Shown here piece after piece: positions 20,336-30,136 of a stretch of 64,000 nucleotides of DNA. Below the pieces are notes generated by a model. It made no database searches and was not told the origin of the DNA. It worked only from the letters and a program-made list of their open reading frames with translations. Position numbers and translations under genes: made by a program. Location: assembly GCA_963662285.2 (NCBI GenBank), contig CAXXMV010000008.1, positions 1,152,001 through 1,216,000 of the forward strand. Reading direction: 5' to 3'. Positions within the stretch are counted from its first letter, which is position 1. Every line of letters begins with the position of its first letter. The stretch is from a bacterium. Its GTDB lineage: Bacteria; Hinthialibacterota; Hinthialibacteria; Hinthialibacterales; Hinthialibacteraceae.

Positions 20336-22788
20336 GATGATATCACCTCCTCGAGTGACATTGGCAGCCGCACCTCGAAACAACTCCCGCAGAGAAATAG
20401 ACTTCGCATAACTTTAATTGTCCCCTGAAGGCTTCCCTCTTTCACATCATGGACAATCTTTTGGCAAATATCGAGCCCCATACCGCATCCGTGTTCCTTG
20501 GTGGTGTAATGCAAATCGAAGACCCTATTGAAGTCCTTTTGATGAATCCCCGGACCGTTGTCGTGAACGCGGAGAATGAGCAAGGGATATCCTTTGTCGC
20601 TTTTATCCTCTAGAGCCTCAATATGGATTTCACTCGCCCGCGAGAATCCGTCTTCCTGAGAAAGCCGCTCGCACTGCTGGGCGGCATTCAGTGTGAGATT
20701 CGTGAGCAGTTGATCGAGATGACTGCGACGCATTTTCAAACACCGCTCCGCCACGAGGCGATCAATGGATAGTCTAAGATTCGCGTTATATTCCATGGTT
20801 TCCGTTTCAAGTCGGCTTACGATCTTCTCAATCTCCTCCCGGGCGTAAAAGATTTTGACATTCTCACGCTGTCCCCTGGCCATTGATCGGAATCCGTTGA
20901 TGACACGTTGCGCTCTGGAAAGCCGGGCCATAGCTGTGTGGAGAGTTTCCTTGGCGTCGATGTAGGTACCGGAGGCAATTTGCTGGATCGCTTTATCAAG
21001 TAAAAACCCGGAAGACATATCTCTTGACAAGTCGTGAGCCATACTGCCATAGGATTGCCCCATCATCTCGAAAGGTTTCATCTCTCGGATGCTCTCCTCG
21101 AGTTTCCCGATTTGGAGAATCTGTCCCACTTCTCTTGCAATACGTTGCGCGAGACGAATAGCATCCTCCTTGACAAAACCATTCACATCCGGATGGAAAG
21201 CGAAGAGGGCATAGGCGTTGTACGACGCTCGGCCGATATTAACCGGAACTCCCACGCAAGACTGATATCTGTATGCATGTAGAAGATATCGGTGTTTTGG
21301 CTTATCTTTGTCGAGCGCGTTAGAGGTGAAAACCTTTTCTCCACCCACTGCCGCATCGCGGATGGGACTCCAACCGAGTTTCTGCTTCTTCCAAGTATTG
21401 AACTTATTTGATGGGCCCGTGAGTGCCTCGATGGTGACCTCATCAGAAATCGGATTGATCGCAAATAGAGCAGCCGCTTCCGCATCAAGAGAGTCTCTTA
21501 AATCTTGGAGGGCAATCTCTATCTCCGATTCAGGGCGTGAAACGAGAGCGGCATCCTCGCCGGTTGGACGTTGCAGAAAGTCAGACAACGGCCTTTTCGA
21601 TTTACCAGGAGCGCTTAAAGCCTGAAACAATCCGTCCTGTCCGAACGGCTTGTTGATGATATCGTTGATAAATAGATTCGAATTGTCAGAGACTGTTTGC
21701 CGGTTGCTATCCAGTTCCTCGCCGGTAATGAGAACAATGGGACAGTCCGGAATAGCCTTCTCGATTTGCTGAGCAATCCGGATTCCCGAATAGTCTTTTC
21801 CTTCTCGATTCTCGGGATGAAGGTTTACATCAATAATCGCAAGATCGATGTCCACTCCACTCTTCTCGATTGTATTCAGAGCGCAATGCTCTTCTAAGCA
21901 GCACAACGTATTGACATTACATTCTTTACGAAGATATTGGCTTAGCGAAGAACAGAGTTCTTCATCATCATCGACGAGCAACAACGTACTAATTTTAGAG
22001 CGGGCGATTAGATCGGTAAGCAAGTTAACGGTGTCATCGGATTCGTATTGGCCTGTTACTGGATAGGAATTTGATATTTCAAATAACTCTTTCAGAGTAA
22101 CCTGAGATTTCACATAACTGATGTAGTCCAGCGTTACGGTTCGATTTTCCTGATCCGTTTTCTCCGGCAGGAACCATCCCGCGATCTCGTCGCCGCGCAC
22201 AGGGATTTGGTGTCCCGGCCAGTGTTCTTTTGGGAGAATCACGGCAAGTTCCCCGAGGAATGCTCTGGCACGCACCCCTGATTTAATTCTGCCCCAAGCC
22301 CAGGAATCGGTTATGGATTCGATGGTAAAGGATTTGATATCCTTTGCTTTCCAATTGGCAACATCATTCCACGGATCGCCATCCACGAGAATATGGCTGA
22401 CAATCTTCAGTTTATTCTTTCCGAAATCGCGATCGGCACTGGGAACAACGCACAAGCGATCACCGATGGCTATTTCCCTACCGTGAACGTCACTCATGCC
22501 ACCGCTCTTTTTCACGGCTTGGACAACGGCTTCACCATCGATTATTTCCTCGACAACACAGAATTCCCTGTATTTATCGTGTATCTTGAATCCGGGCCAG
22601 ACTTCCTTCCACGGCAGTAATGCCTCTTCGCCTCCTTCCAGTTCTACAACTGCAGCGGAGTAGTCCAACTCACGAACACGAGCCAGAACAACTTTCGATA
22701 ACCCACCGCCATCCGAAGGAGAGTGTGATGTGTTACTGTCCTTGGGATCGATTCCAGGTACGCGCGAATTCTTATCTTCCATGCTCAT
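20332..22788 (-). CDS. Hybrid histidine kinase with N-terminal S1-like domains (S1-S1-REC-GAF-HisKA-HATPase)
   Basis: ARVRELDYSAAVVELEGGEEALLPWKEV (S1-like); LLLVDDD..IIDV..KPF; AHDL, NLTLNAAQ, HDNGPG, GCGMGL. Confidence 0.82.
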   Translation of the reverse strand: MSMEDKNSRVPGIDPKDSNTSHSPSDGGGLSKVVLARVRELDYSAAVVELEGGEEALLPWKEVWPGFKIHDKYREFCVVEEIIDGEAVVQAVKKSGGMSDVHGREIAIGDRLCVVPSADRDFGKNKLKIVSHILVDGDPWNDVANWKAKDIKSFTIESITDSWAWGRIKSGVRARAFLGELAVILPKEHWPGHQIPVRGDEIAGWFLPEKTDQENRTVTLDYISYVKSQVTLKELFEISNSYPVTGQYESDDTVNLLTDLIARSKISTLLLVDDDEELCSSLSQYLRKECNVNTLCCLEEHCALNTIEKSGVDIDLAIIDVNLHPENREGKDYSGIRIAQQIEKAIPDCPIVLITGEELDSNRQTVSDNSNLFINDIINKPFGQDGLFQALSAPGKSKRPLSDFLQRPTGEDAALVSRPESEIEIALQDLRDSLDAEAAALFAINPISDEVTIEALTGPSNKFNTWKKQKLGWSPIRDAAVGGEKVFTSNALDKDKPKHRYLLHAYRYQSCVGVPVNIGRASYNAYALFAFHPDVNGFVKEDAIRLAQRIAREVGQILQIGKLEESIREMKPFEMMGQSYGSMAHDLSRDMSSGFLLDKAIQQIASGTYIDAKETLHTAMARLSRAQRVINGFRSMARGQRENVKIFYAREEIEKIVSRLETETMEYNANLRLSIDRLVAERCLKMRRSHLDQLLTNLTLNAAQQCERLSQEDGFSRASEIHIEALEDKSDKGYPLLILRVHDNGPGIHQKDFNRVFDLHYTTKEHGCGMGLDICQKIVHDVKEGSLQGTIKVMRSLFLCGSCFEVRLPMSLEEVISS

Positions 22789-23034
22789 TACGTTCCTATA
22801 TTCCGATTGCCTTACAGATTTACAACTCCAATCCAATCTCTACAAACCAGATTGAATCGATTGATCTTACCACATTTATTATATAAAAATAAAGTGTTAT
22901 TTAGTAAAAATACAATTTACTTGCTTCAATGTAACATGTTGAATAATAACAGCATACGCTAGGTTCTATTAATTCAATAATTTTTCTCTATAGGATCATC
23001 TTCTGAAATAGACTTTTATGATTTAGTATATTTG

Positions 23035-23307
23035 TGAGGTACATAATGAGGTACAAATTTGTTATTTATATTTTACTTTTCTCTATGAATTCCCAATTTT
23101 ATTGGTTATAATACAGAATATTTAATTCTGTAGCATTAGCTTGTATAACTGATTTCATTAGACTTACGCAAGTTTCGTTGTTTCCCGTTTCCTCTCCTTA
23201 TCTTACTACCATTTTTTATACGATTTACACTTCTGCTACGCTCTACCAACGATCACGGAATAGATTTTAGATTTCTTTCGTAAATCTGAGGTACAAATTG
23301 CGGTACA
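23035..23307 (+). repeat. Two pairs of TG(A/C)GGTACA direct repeats (integrase arm-type site candidates)
   Basis: Copies at 23035, 23047, 23287, 23299; 12-bp spacing within each pair. Confidence 0.6.
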
Positions 23308-23452
23308 ACCTGCCGATAGGATATCGGACGTCCGCTTTCTTACCTTTTATGGTAAAGAAACCCCTTAAACGATCACCTGATACCTGATCGGGTGATTACC
23401 GAATCTTTCCATCTATTCTTAATAACTGAATTCCAATTATTTATACCATGCA

Positions 23453-23884
23453 ATGTTTCAGTTTATTAATCTGATTTGTAGACGAAATTGTGGACACTTT
23501 TTCGACTCCCGCCGCCTCCACCATTTCGATACAAAACATCCCGTAAACAAAGCCACAAAAAAATCGGACAAAAACCACTCACAAATAAACACTTGCATAG
23601 CCAAACAAGAAACACCTTCAGAACAAAAGTTAACACCTTCAGAACACATTGTTGACGTAAATTTGCACGAAAAGTGTGCACATAGCGTGCACAAAGGTCT
23701 GGAATCCTTTTCTAAATTTTCCTCGGATGCCCCCATTTATTTGGAACAAGAAGAAATTGAATTGATCGAATTTTGGAGAAATTTAGGCAAAGAACGACGA
23801 TATATTATAAGGAAATTGGGTATCATACCTGATACAATTTTTCAGGCAATCAAATCAATTCTCAATGTTTTCGATATCGTGTAA
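23453..23884 (+). CDS. Hypothetical protein
   Basis: 143-aa ORF; C-terminal ELIEFWRNL resembles tails of phage-type repressors. Confidence 0.4.
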   Translation: MFQFINLICRRNCGHFFDSRRLHHFDTKHPVNKATKKSDKNHSQINTCIAKQETPSEQKLTPSEHIVDVNLHEKCAHSVHKGLESFSKFSSDAPIYLEQEEIELIEFWRNLGKERRYIIRKLGIIPDTIFQAIKSILNVFDIV

Positions 23885-24030
23885 GAGTAAGTCTTTATGA
23901 CCTGTGAGATCCCAATTTTCAAGCGGCGAGACGCACCGATTTAGTTTTTTTTATTATTGCGAACTAATGGAATAAAAAACCAGCTATTCTGTTAGCCACT
24001 GTTTCCACTAGAACTCTCATTGATCCAAAT

Positions 24031-24126
24031 CTACATCCCCCCGGTTTCCAAGCCGTGTGCGAAGATCCGTTCCACGATCTCTCCCCGTTTGCGTTGCAGG
24101 GCCTTGCCTCTCTTCCCCCGGATACC
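24031..24126 (-). pseudogene. Transposase fragment (IS1182/IS5-like)
   Basis: GC-rich patch in AT-rich DNA reading GIRGKRGKALQRKRGEIVERIFAHGLETGGM*. Confidence 0.6.
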
Positions 24127-24143
24127 TTTGAGTGATATTGAAT

Positions 24144-24449
24144 TTAATTTGAATATAATATTTCAAGACAATCTTTTATTATTTTGAAATCACTTGGACA
24201 AAGTTCATGCTCTTTGATTTTTCTTTTTATCTTCTCTATTGTTTTCACATATATAGATATTCTTTCTGATTTAAAAAGACGATGAAAACTTTTGATTGAT
24301 GGATTTATGTGGCCTTTATTCTCGATCAGTATTTTTAATGCTATTTTTTCCTGACGATTTAAATTATCAAGAAATTCTATTACGGTAATATGATTTCTTA
24401 AATCATAGTTTAATTTTTGGTCTTCATTCAGAGTCGTGTATAAAATCAT
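24144..24449 (-). CDS. Hypothetical protein (AT-rich)
   Basis: ORF in very AT-rich DNA; start uncertain (24449 or 24506). Confidence 0.45.
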   Translation of the reverse strand: MILYTTLNEDQKLNYDLRNHITVIEFLDNLNRQEKIALKILIENKGHINPSIKSFHRLFKSERISIYVKTIEKIKRKIKEHELCPSDFKIIKDCLEILYSN

Positions 24450-24477
24450 TTTTTTTCTCCGATATTTGTTGAATTTT

Positions 24478-24870
24478 TCATAATTTCCCGAATTTCTCTT
24501 CCTCAATACTAAATTTCCACAATAAAGTTGATAACTCTCGTTTCTTAAACTTTAAGAAACCGTATATAATTCTTTCTATATATAATTTGTGCCTCCCTTG
24601 TTTTAAAAATTTGTCTTTATTCTTTCCATATAAAAAATCCATAAAGAAAATGAATCTTTCTTTAATTGTTTTATTAACATGCATTGCTATTGCAGTAGTT
24701 AAATCGTTATAAGAGCTGAGATTAAAATACAATCTATAACGACTTTCTAAAACTTTTGCTTGACTAATTATTTTTTTAGTGTGAATGCTTTTTTTCATGC
24801 ACTCTTCAATTATTTCTGTGATTAATACCTGCTCAGGAAAAAAACGTTCAGTGTAAAATATGTTGTACAT
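24478..24870 (-). CDS. Hypothetical protein (AT-rich)
   Basis: 130-aa ORF with AAGGA RBS. Confidence 0.55.
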   Translation of the reverse strand: MYNIFYTERFFPEQVLITEIIEECMKKSIHTKKIISQAKVLESRYRLYFNLSSYNDLTTAIAMHVNKTIKERFIFFMDFLYGKNKDKFLKQGRHKLYIERIIYGFLKFKKRELSTLLWKFSIEEEKFGKL

Positions 24871-25174
24871 AATTGTTTTCCTTTAAGTCTTTTTTCTTAT
24901 AATTCTGCTGGGGATTATATTTTTTTTAGCCTTAAAAGTCAAACAAAAAGTCTCGCAACTAACTCTTTTATTTGAACTTAACTTCCATGGAAGTTCCATG
25001 GAAGTTTGAATGATCATATTTTGTAATAAAAGTTGAAAAGAGATTGCGTTTGTGAGTGTTTGCAGGTATCTTTTTGGATATAGTGTGATTTGTTCCATCT
25101 TTCCCAAAAGGATATCGAATTCTAGAAAAATAAGAGTTCGCTAAAGGTATGAATAATATGGGTGGATTAATGCT

Positions 25175-26458
25175 ATGAATAAAGAAAATTCAATATCAAA
25201 ATATTCTGCAAGAGAAATTTTGAAATCCGCAAATATTTTAAAAGATTTAGATTTTGTTACAAATATGCTTTTGATATTTTTTGAAATTAACCATGACTCC
25301 AAATACTGTGATTGGTTTGAGTTCCAACACTGGTTAAAAAACAATAAAGAATGTGATGAGATAAATGAAATTAGAGCAACTTTGGGGAAAGATAACTTAG
25401 AAAAATTTAATAAAGATATAATTGAAGGATTTAATACAAGCCCTTCCAAAAATACTAGTAAAATAAATATGATCAAGTCAGCTATAAAATCAATTAGCGA
25501 AAATCGCTCAACTTACCTTCCTGATAATCACTCACCTCTAAATATAAAGATATTTGAATTAATCAAACCCACTTCTTCAGAAATTGAAAAACTGGATTTT
25601 TCATTAGAAACAAGAAGATATCAATATATATTGAGAGAGAACATTCTTTTAGTTGATTATAGTATGAATGATGAAGAATTTGATTTTATTACAAAATTAA
25701 AGATTTCTGAAAGGAGAAATTATGAAACTGCGATGGATCAAATTGATCAATCATTCAAAATCTTTAAGTACGAAGAAGAAAATTTATTTTTATCTTCTGG
25801 AAATCTACGACGAAGACTAAGGTTATTAATTTTTAACGATTATTGGGTGTTACCTTTCATTAAAATGAATTATCGAAAAAACTTTTTACCTGTACAAATT
25901 ACCTCAAATATAGATGTAAAAGCAAAAGTGTTGAAAAGTAATGAATCAATTTCAGTTAAAGTTACTGATGTTGAAAGTAGCAATGACCTTTTTGGCTACA
26001 GGTTGGACTTTGTTCCGGAGATTCCAAAAAGTTCTCTAATACAGTTAGAGATAACTGAACTATATGATAAACCCAAAATTAGTCCAGATATTATTCAAAA
26101 TATCATTAAAGAACATGGAGAATCTATTAATATATCAATGAAATTTCGTTACTTATTCAAGTATGAGACCATGTTATCGAAATGCGAATACAAATTCGAT
26201 TGGAATTTTTACACTGGCAGTTTAGATTTTTTTAATCCAGGTAGCTATGACTATGACAGGGATGAATTTTTTGTTAATTTATATGCTAAAAATACTAAGA
26301 CTGGAAAATCCATTAATTTAATTATTCTTAATCCTGTATCAGATGGTGAATATTCACTACATATTAATCTAATAATTGGAGAAGGAGAATATATGGATGA
26401 TTTACTATACCAAGATGAAATAGGTACTCATTGGGAAGGGAGAATTAGATATCGTTAG
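25175..26458 (+). CDS. Hypothetical protein (AT-rich orphan)
   Basis: 427-aa ORF, unlikely by chance at this AT content. Confidence 0.75.
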   Translation: MNKENSISKYSAREILKSANILKDLDFVTNMLLIFFEINHDSKYCDWFEFQHWLKNNKECDEINEIRATLGKDNLEKFNKDIIEGFNTSPSKNTSKINMIKSAIKSISENRSTYLPDNHSPLNIKIFELIKPTSSEIEKLDFSLETRRYQYILRENILLVDYSMNDEEFDFITKLKISERRNYETAMDQIDQSFKIFKYEEENLFLSSGNLRRRLRLLIFNDYWVLPFIKMNYRKNFLPVQITSNIDVKAKVLKSNESISVKVTDVESSNDLFGYRLDFVPEIPKSSLIQLEITELYDKPKISPDIIQNIIKEHGESINISMKFRYLFKYETMLSKCEYKFDWNFYTGSLDFFNPGSYDYDRDEFFVNLYAKNTKTGKSINLIILNPVSDGEYSLHINLIIGEGEYMDDLLYQDEIGTHWEGRIRYR

Positions 26459-26513
26459 ATGAAAGATTCAGAAATCCAAAACATTTTTATACAACTTCCC
26501 CTACATCCCCAAC

Positions 26514-27776
26514 ATGACTAAGAAAATTTCCGATGGAGAATTGAACCGGACGGAGTCGTATATCGCTGCCGCTCGCCGGTCTGATCGAAAATCCTCTATT
26601 ATCCGTGATCCCGATTATCTTGATGATGAGAGCCTGCCTGAGGAGCAGCGCATTAAAGTTCTAGAAGAGATATTCTCTCGTGATGTGCGTAGCAAGGAAC
26701 TTCAAGCGCTTGCTTCCCATTTCGCTCCACTTCTCGACCAAAAACCTACTAATCATATACTAATTTGCGGTCCGACAGGTTCGGGTAAGACCGCTTCGAT
26801 TATTCATTTCCTCTCTTCGCTTCAATCACTAGCAGAACGCGAGGACACGCCGGTCGAATGGCGCTATGTTGAACTTTCAGCCCAATCGACCTGTTTTGCT
26901 GCTCTGAACCGCATCGCCGTCTCTTTGGATGCTTCACGGTCATATTATAAAGGTATTCCGGTTGAACTGATGCAATCTAAAATCCGTGAAAGTCTATCCC
27001 GCAAGAAAGGAACGATCATTTTCCTGCTTGATGAGATCGATTGCGTCCAGCATGACCGAGATATCTTTATGACCTATCTAATTAAAACGTTACAGAAACA
27101 AGTTCCGGTCAGACTTATTTATATTTTTACCACAAATCGGCTGGACTGGGAAAGGGCTCTGGACGCAAGAATCACATCTTGTATGAAAAAATATGATCTT
27201 ATCTTCAATCCTTACGATGCCGTGGAGATCGGCGAGATCATCAAATTGCGCGTAGAAAAAGCGCTCAATCCCGATCTGGTTGACGATTCGGCGCTTTCTT
27301 TAATCGCGGCGCTCTCATCACGCAATTCGGGCGACGCCCGCAAAGCGGTGGAACTGCTGGTTAAATCTGCGATGATTGCCGATCGCGAAGGCAAACGGCT
27401 CACGGTCGATGACGTACGGCTAGCGGAACGAACGCTAGAGGTTGAAAAGGCGCTCTCGCTTGCGCAAACGCTGCCGCTGCATCAGAAATTATGTCTTGCC
27501 GCCTGTTATTCGCTCATACTGCGCCACAAAAAAGGCGTGCATACCGGCGATGTTTACGACAAATACAAATCCCTGGCAGAGCGAATAAACGGTTCGGCGC
27601 TGAGTCAACGCCGCTTCAGTGATATATTGAACTCACTCGATCTATATTGCCTTATTCGCGCCCGTATCGTTAGTCATGGGCGCTACGGAAAAACTCGGCA
27701 AATTGAAAATCCTTTGGGCAAGGACCTTGCGTGCAAAATTCTTGATTGTATCAGCCGTTCTTTCGGCGGATTATAG
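26514..27776 (+). CDS. cdc6: Cdc6/Orc1-family AAA+ ATPase with winged helix
   Basis: GPTGSGKT, FLLDEID, FNPYDAVEIGEII..R, GDARKAVELL, RRFSDILNSL..SHGRYGKTRQI. Confidence 0.88.
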   Translation: MTKKISDGELNRTESYIAAARRSDRKSSIIRDPDYLDDESLPEEQRIKVLEEIFSRDVRSKELQALASHFAPLLDQKPTNHILICGPTGSGKTASIIHFLSSLQSLAEREDTPVEWRYVELSAQSTCFAALNRIAVSLDASRSYYKGIPVELMQSKIRESLSRKKGTIIFLLDEIDCVQHDRDIFMTYLIKTLQKQVPVRLIYIFTTNRLDWERALDARITSCMKKYDLIFNPYDAVEIGEIIKLRVEKALNPDLVDDSALSLIAALSSRNSGDARKAVELLVKSAMIADREGKRLTVDDVRLAERTLEVEKALSLAQTLPLHQKLCLAACYSLILRHKKGVHTGDVYDKYKSLAERINGSALSQRRFSDILNSLDLYCLIRARIVSHGRYGKTRQIENPLGKDLACKILDCISRSFGGL

Positions 27777-27932
27777 AAAGATTTATATAGAAAAGGTGAG
27801 ATCCGTTTCATATGCGAGAAAACGACCGATGGTTTCTATTGCGCGAGCCGCGAACGATCACCGACATCTGGCGAGCCAAACAACACCGAAAACTTGCCAA
27901 AATTCTTCCTGAGGATGATGAATGGGATTGAT

Positions 27933-29144
27933 TCAGCTCTTCCCTTTTGGTTTATTGGGATTTTTTTGCCGATTCATTGTCCCGCAGGCTTTACTGAAAT
28001 CTTGCTTTAGCGCTCGTTCGAACTTTGAGAGATAGTCCATTATCCGCTTAAGGGGCTTTTCAAACTGAATCGCCTCACCAAGAACGCTCCGGGCGCGTTG
28101 GGCATCGCCCTGCTCGATTTGACCAATGACTGCGCCGATGCAGGATTGGATTTTCTCGATAATCTCGCGCGTTTTCGGTTCCATTGCCTCAATCGATTTT
28201 TCCAATTCGATGCGCTTGCGAGTCTGTTGCAGTGCTTCAATGGCTTTTGGCATTGTTTCTTTAGGGATGGTCTTGGTCATACCTAAGATTTTCTGAAAAG
28301 CGGCGATGTCTTTTTCGAAGATCGCCTTATCGATTAGTTTCATTTTCTCTAATTGTGCGAAAATCTGGTGGTTCTCTATGCGGATACGATTTAACGCTTC
28401 AATCAGCTCAATACGGCCTTGATTTGTTCGCATGGATTGAGGAAGATGTTTCAGAATAGTCTTCAGGTTTATAAATATCTCATTTTCTTTCAAGGAGATA
28501 TGTCGTGAAAAACGTTCAGCCATATCGGCTTGGTCGTACGATTCATTGATAGGAAGTCTGTATTCCGAGAATAATCCTGTATCGTCCGCGCCGGTTCCGA
28601 TCGATCGCCCTTTTGGCCAAATTGCGAACAATAGCGTGATTAGGGCGATGATGAACGCCAAACTAAGCACTGCCGCCAGGAATGGAATTCGTAAAAGCAG
28701 CCAATCGAAGAATGACGGGACGAACGAGCGAATAGTGGCGTAGATCAGGATATACGAAATGGCTAGAGAGATTTTGAAGGAAGCGCCGAAATTGATCAAT
28801 ACTTGGTGGAACACAACGGCGGCTAGGCACAAGATCAGAGCGGCGGCGTAGGGGCCGAAACTCGCGATATTAAAGTGCATCCTGTATTGCGTGACTGAAA
28901 GCGCAATCGCAAGGATTATTCCAACTGCTAGCGAAATAAGACGGCCAGGTTTGCCGGTGAATCGTGTTCCTAAGGTGGCGCGGGTGATGCCAGTGAATAG
29001 AATAAAGTAGATCACGAAATCGATCACGGATGAATGCTGCAAATAGATGCGGGCAATGTCGATTCCCCGCAGTGGATCGAAGATTATAGAAAGGACGTCT
29101 TTTTGGATGACGAATCTTTGATTCGGAGCATGTAAGTCTATCAT
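27933..29144 (-). CDS. Membrane protein with about 5 TM helices and a C-terminal coiled coil
   Basis: Hydrophobic N-terminal 175 aa, helical charged C-terminus, RBS AAGGAG. Confidence 0.75.
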   Translation of the reverse strand: MIDLHAPNQRFVIQKDVLSIIFDPLRGIDIARIYLQHSSVIDFVIYFILFTGITRATLGTRFTGKPGRLISLAVGIILAIALSVTQYRMHFNIASFGPYAAALILCLAAVVFHQVLINFGASFKISLAISYILIYATIRSFVPSFFDWLLLRIPFLAAVLSLAFIIALITLLFAIWPKGRSIGTGADDTGLFSEYRLPINESYDQADMAERFSRHISLKENEIFINLKTILKHLPQSMRTNQGRIELIEALNRIRIENHQIFAQLEKMKLIDKAIFEKDIAAFQKILGMTKTIPKETMPKAIEALQQTRKRIELEKSIEAMEPKTREIIEKIQSCIGAVIGQIEQGDAQRARSVLGEAIQFEKPLKRIMDYLSKFERALKQDFSKACGTMNRQKNPNKPKGKS

Positions 29145-30136
29145 TTCTCCTTCTGAATAAAGGATTTATTAAAAGCTTTCGAATGACGAAGTGTGAGAAG
29201 ATTTCTTGTGGAAAAACATTTCATTTATGTGTTTTGTATCTCCGAAATGAGTGAACCGAAATCATTACAATAGAAATATCTCTACCTCCGTTGCAAGGGA
29301 GAAAATTTGATATAAATATTTTTCTGATTCCTGTGGAGTGATGAATCCTGGATTTTTGAATAACATGCAACATATTCAAAAAGTTCCATCGGAAAAGTTC
29401 TCACAGTCTCAATATATTTCTAATAAGTTTCTTTTCAAGTTGTTTTTATTTTTTGTTGGTTTACCTGAAGAATGTTTGTTTGAACAAAAGTCGGCGGTTT
29501 GTTTGTTTTTTTGGTTTTCGTGTTGTGCTGATGGTTTATGTCAGAGTTTGTAAAAAAAAGTTAACGGTTTCTTTTTGGTTGTGGTATGATTGTTTGAATG
29601 CTTATGAGAGGAGGATTTACCTATGATTGATGGGTTTTTCTGTTTCTGCTAAGCCTTGGAGGGGTTTGCAGTGTCCTTTTATTGTAGAGTTGTTTGATGA
29701 AGTTCGTTTTTTTTGTTCATAGAGTTTTTTGCGAGATAAAGTGGAATTGAAAAAAAATAGGGTTGACGTTCTTTTGAGGAATGTGTAATCTATTGGAGAG
29801 ATTATTTGATGTTGGAATTTATCTTTGTTTAAATTTTCAATATTGAAAAGAATAGAATTTTTTAATATTTTTTGAATTTTGTTTGCGTTGTATATGATCA
29901 TTTTTTAGGATTTTTCGAGAATAACTGGTTGTGAGTGATTATATACTCAGCCTCAATGATCTGTTTGAATTTGTTGTGGCTTCGTGATACTGCTTCGCAA
30001 GTGATAAATGAGGAGTTATTGTTGCGAAACACTACATTTAAATATGAGTAGTTTTACTTGTAAGTAGTAACTATCTTATTGAGACAAGATAGGACTGATA
30101 TTTATTATTGACGATACACTATGAGGTGCGAAGAAG

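Noticed and set aside
23230-23252. tRNA gene on the minus strand (GTTGGTAGAGCG)
   Set aside because: Only a D-loop-like 12-mer; no anticodon stem, T arm or acceptor stem
29207-29215. DnaA box / oriC
   Set aside because: A single match in AT-rich DNA with no cluster; expected by chance
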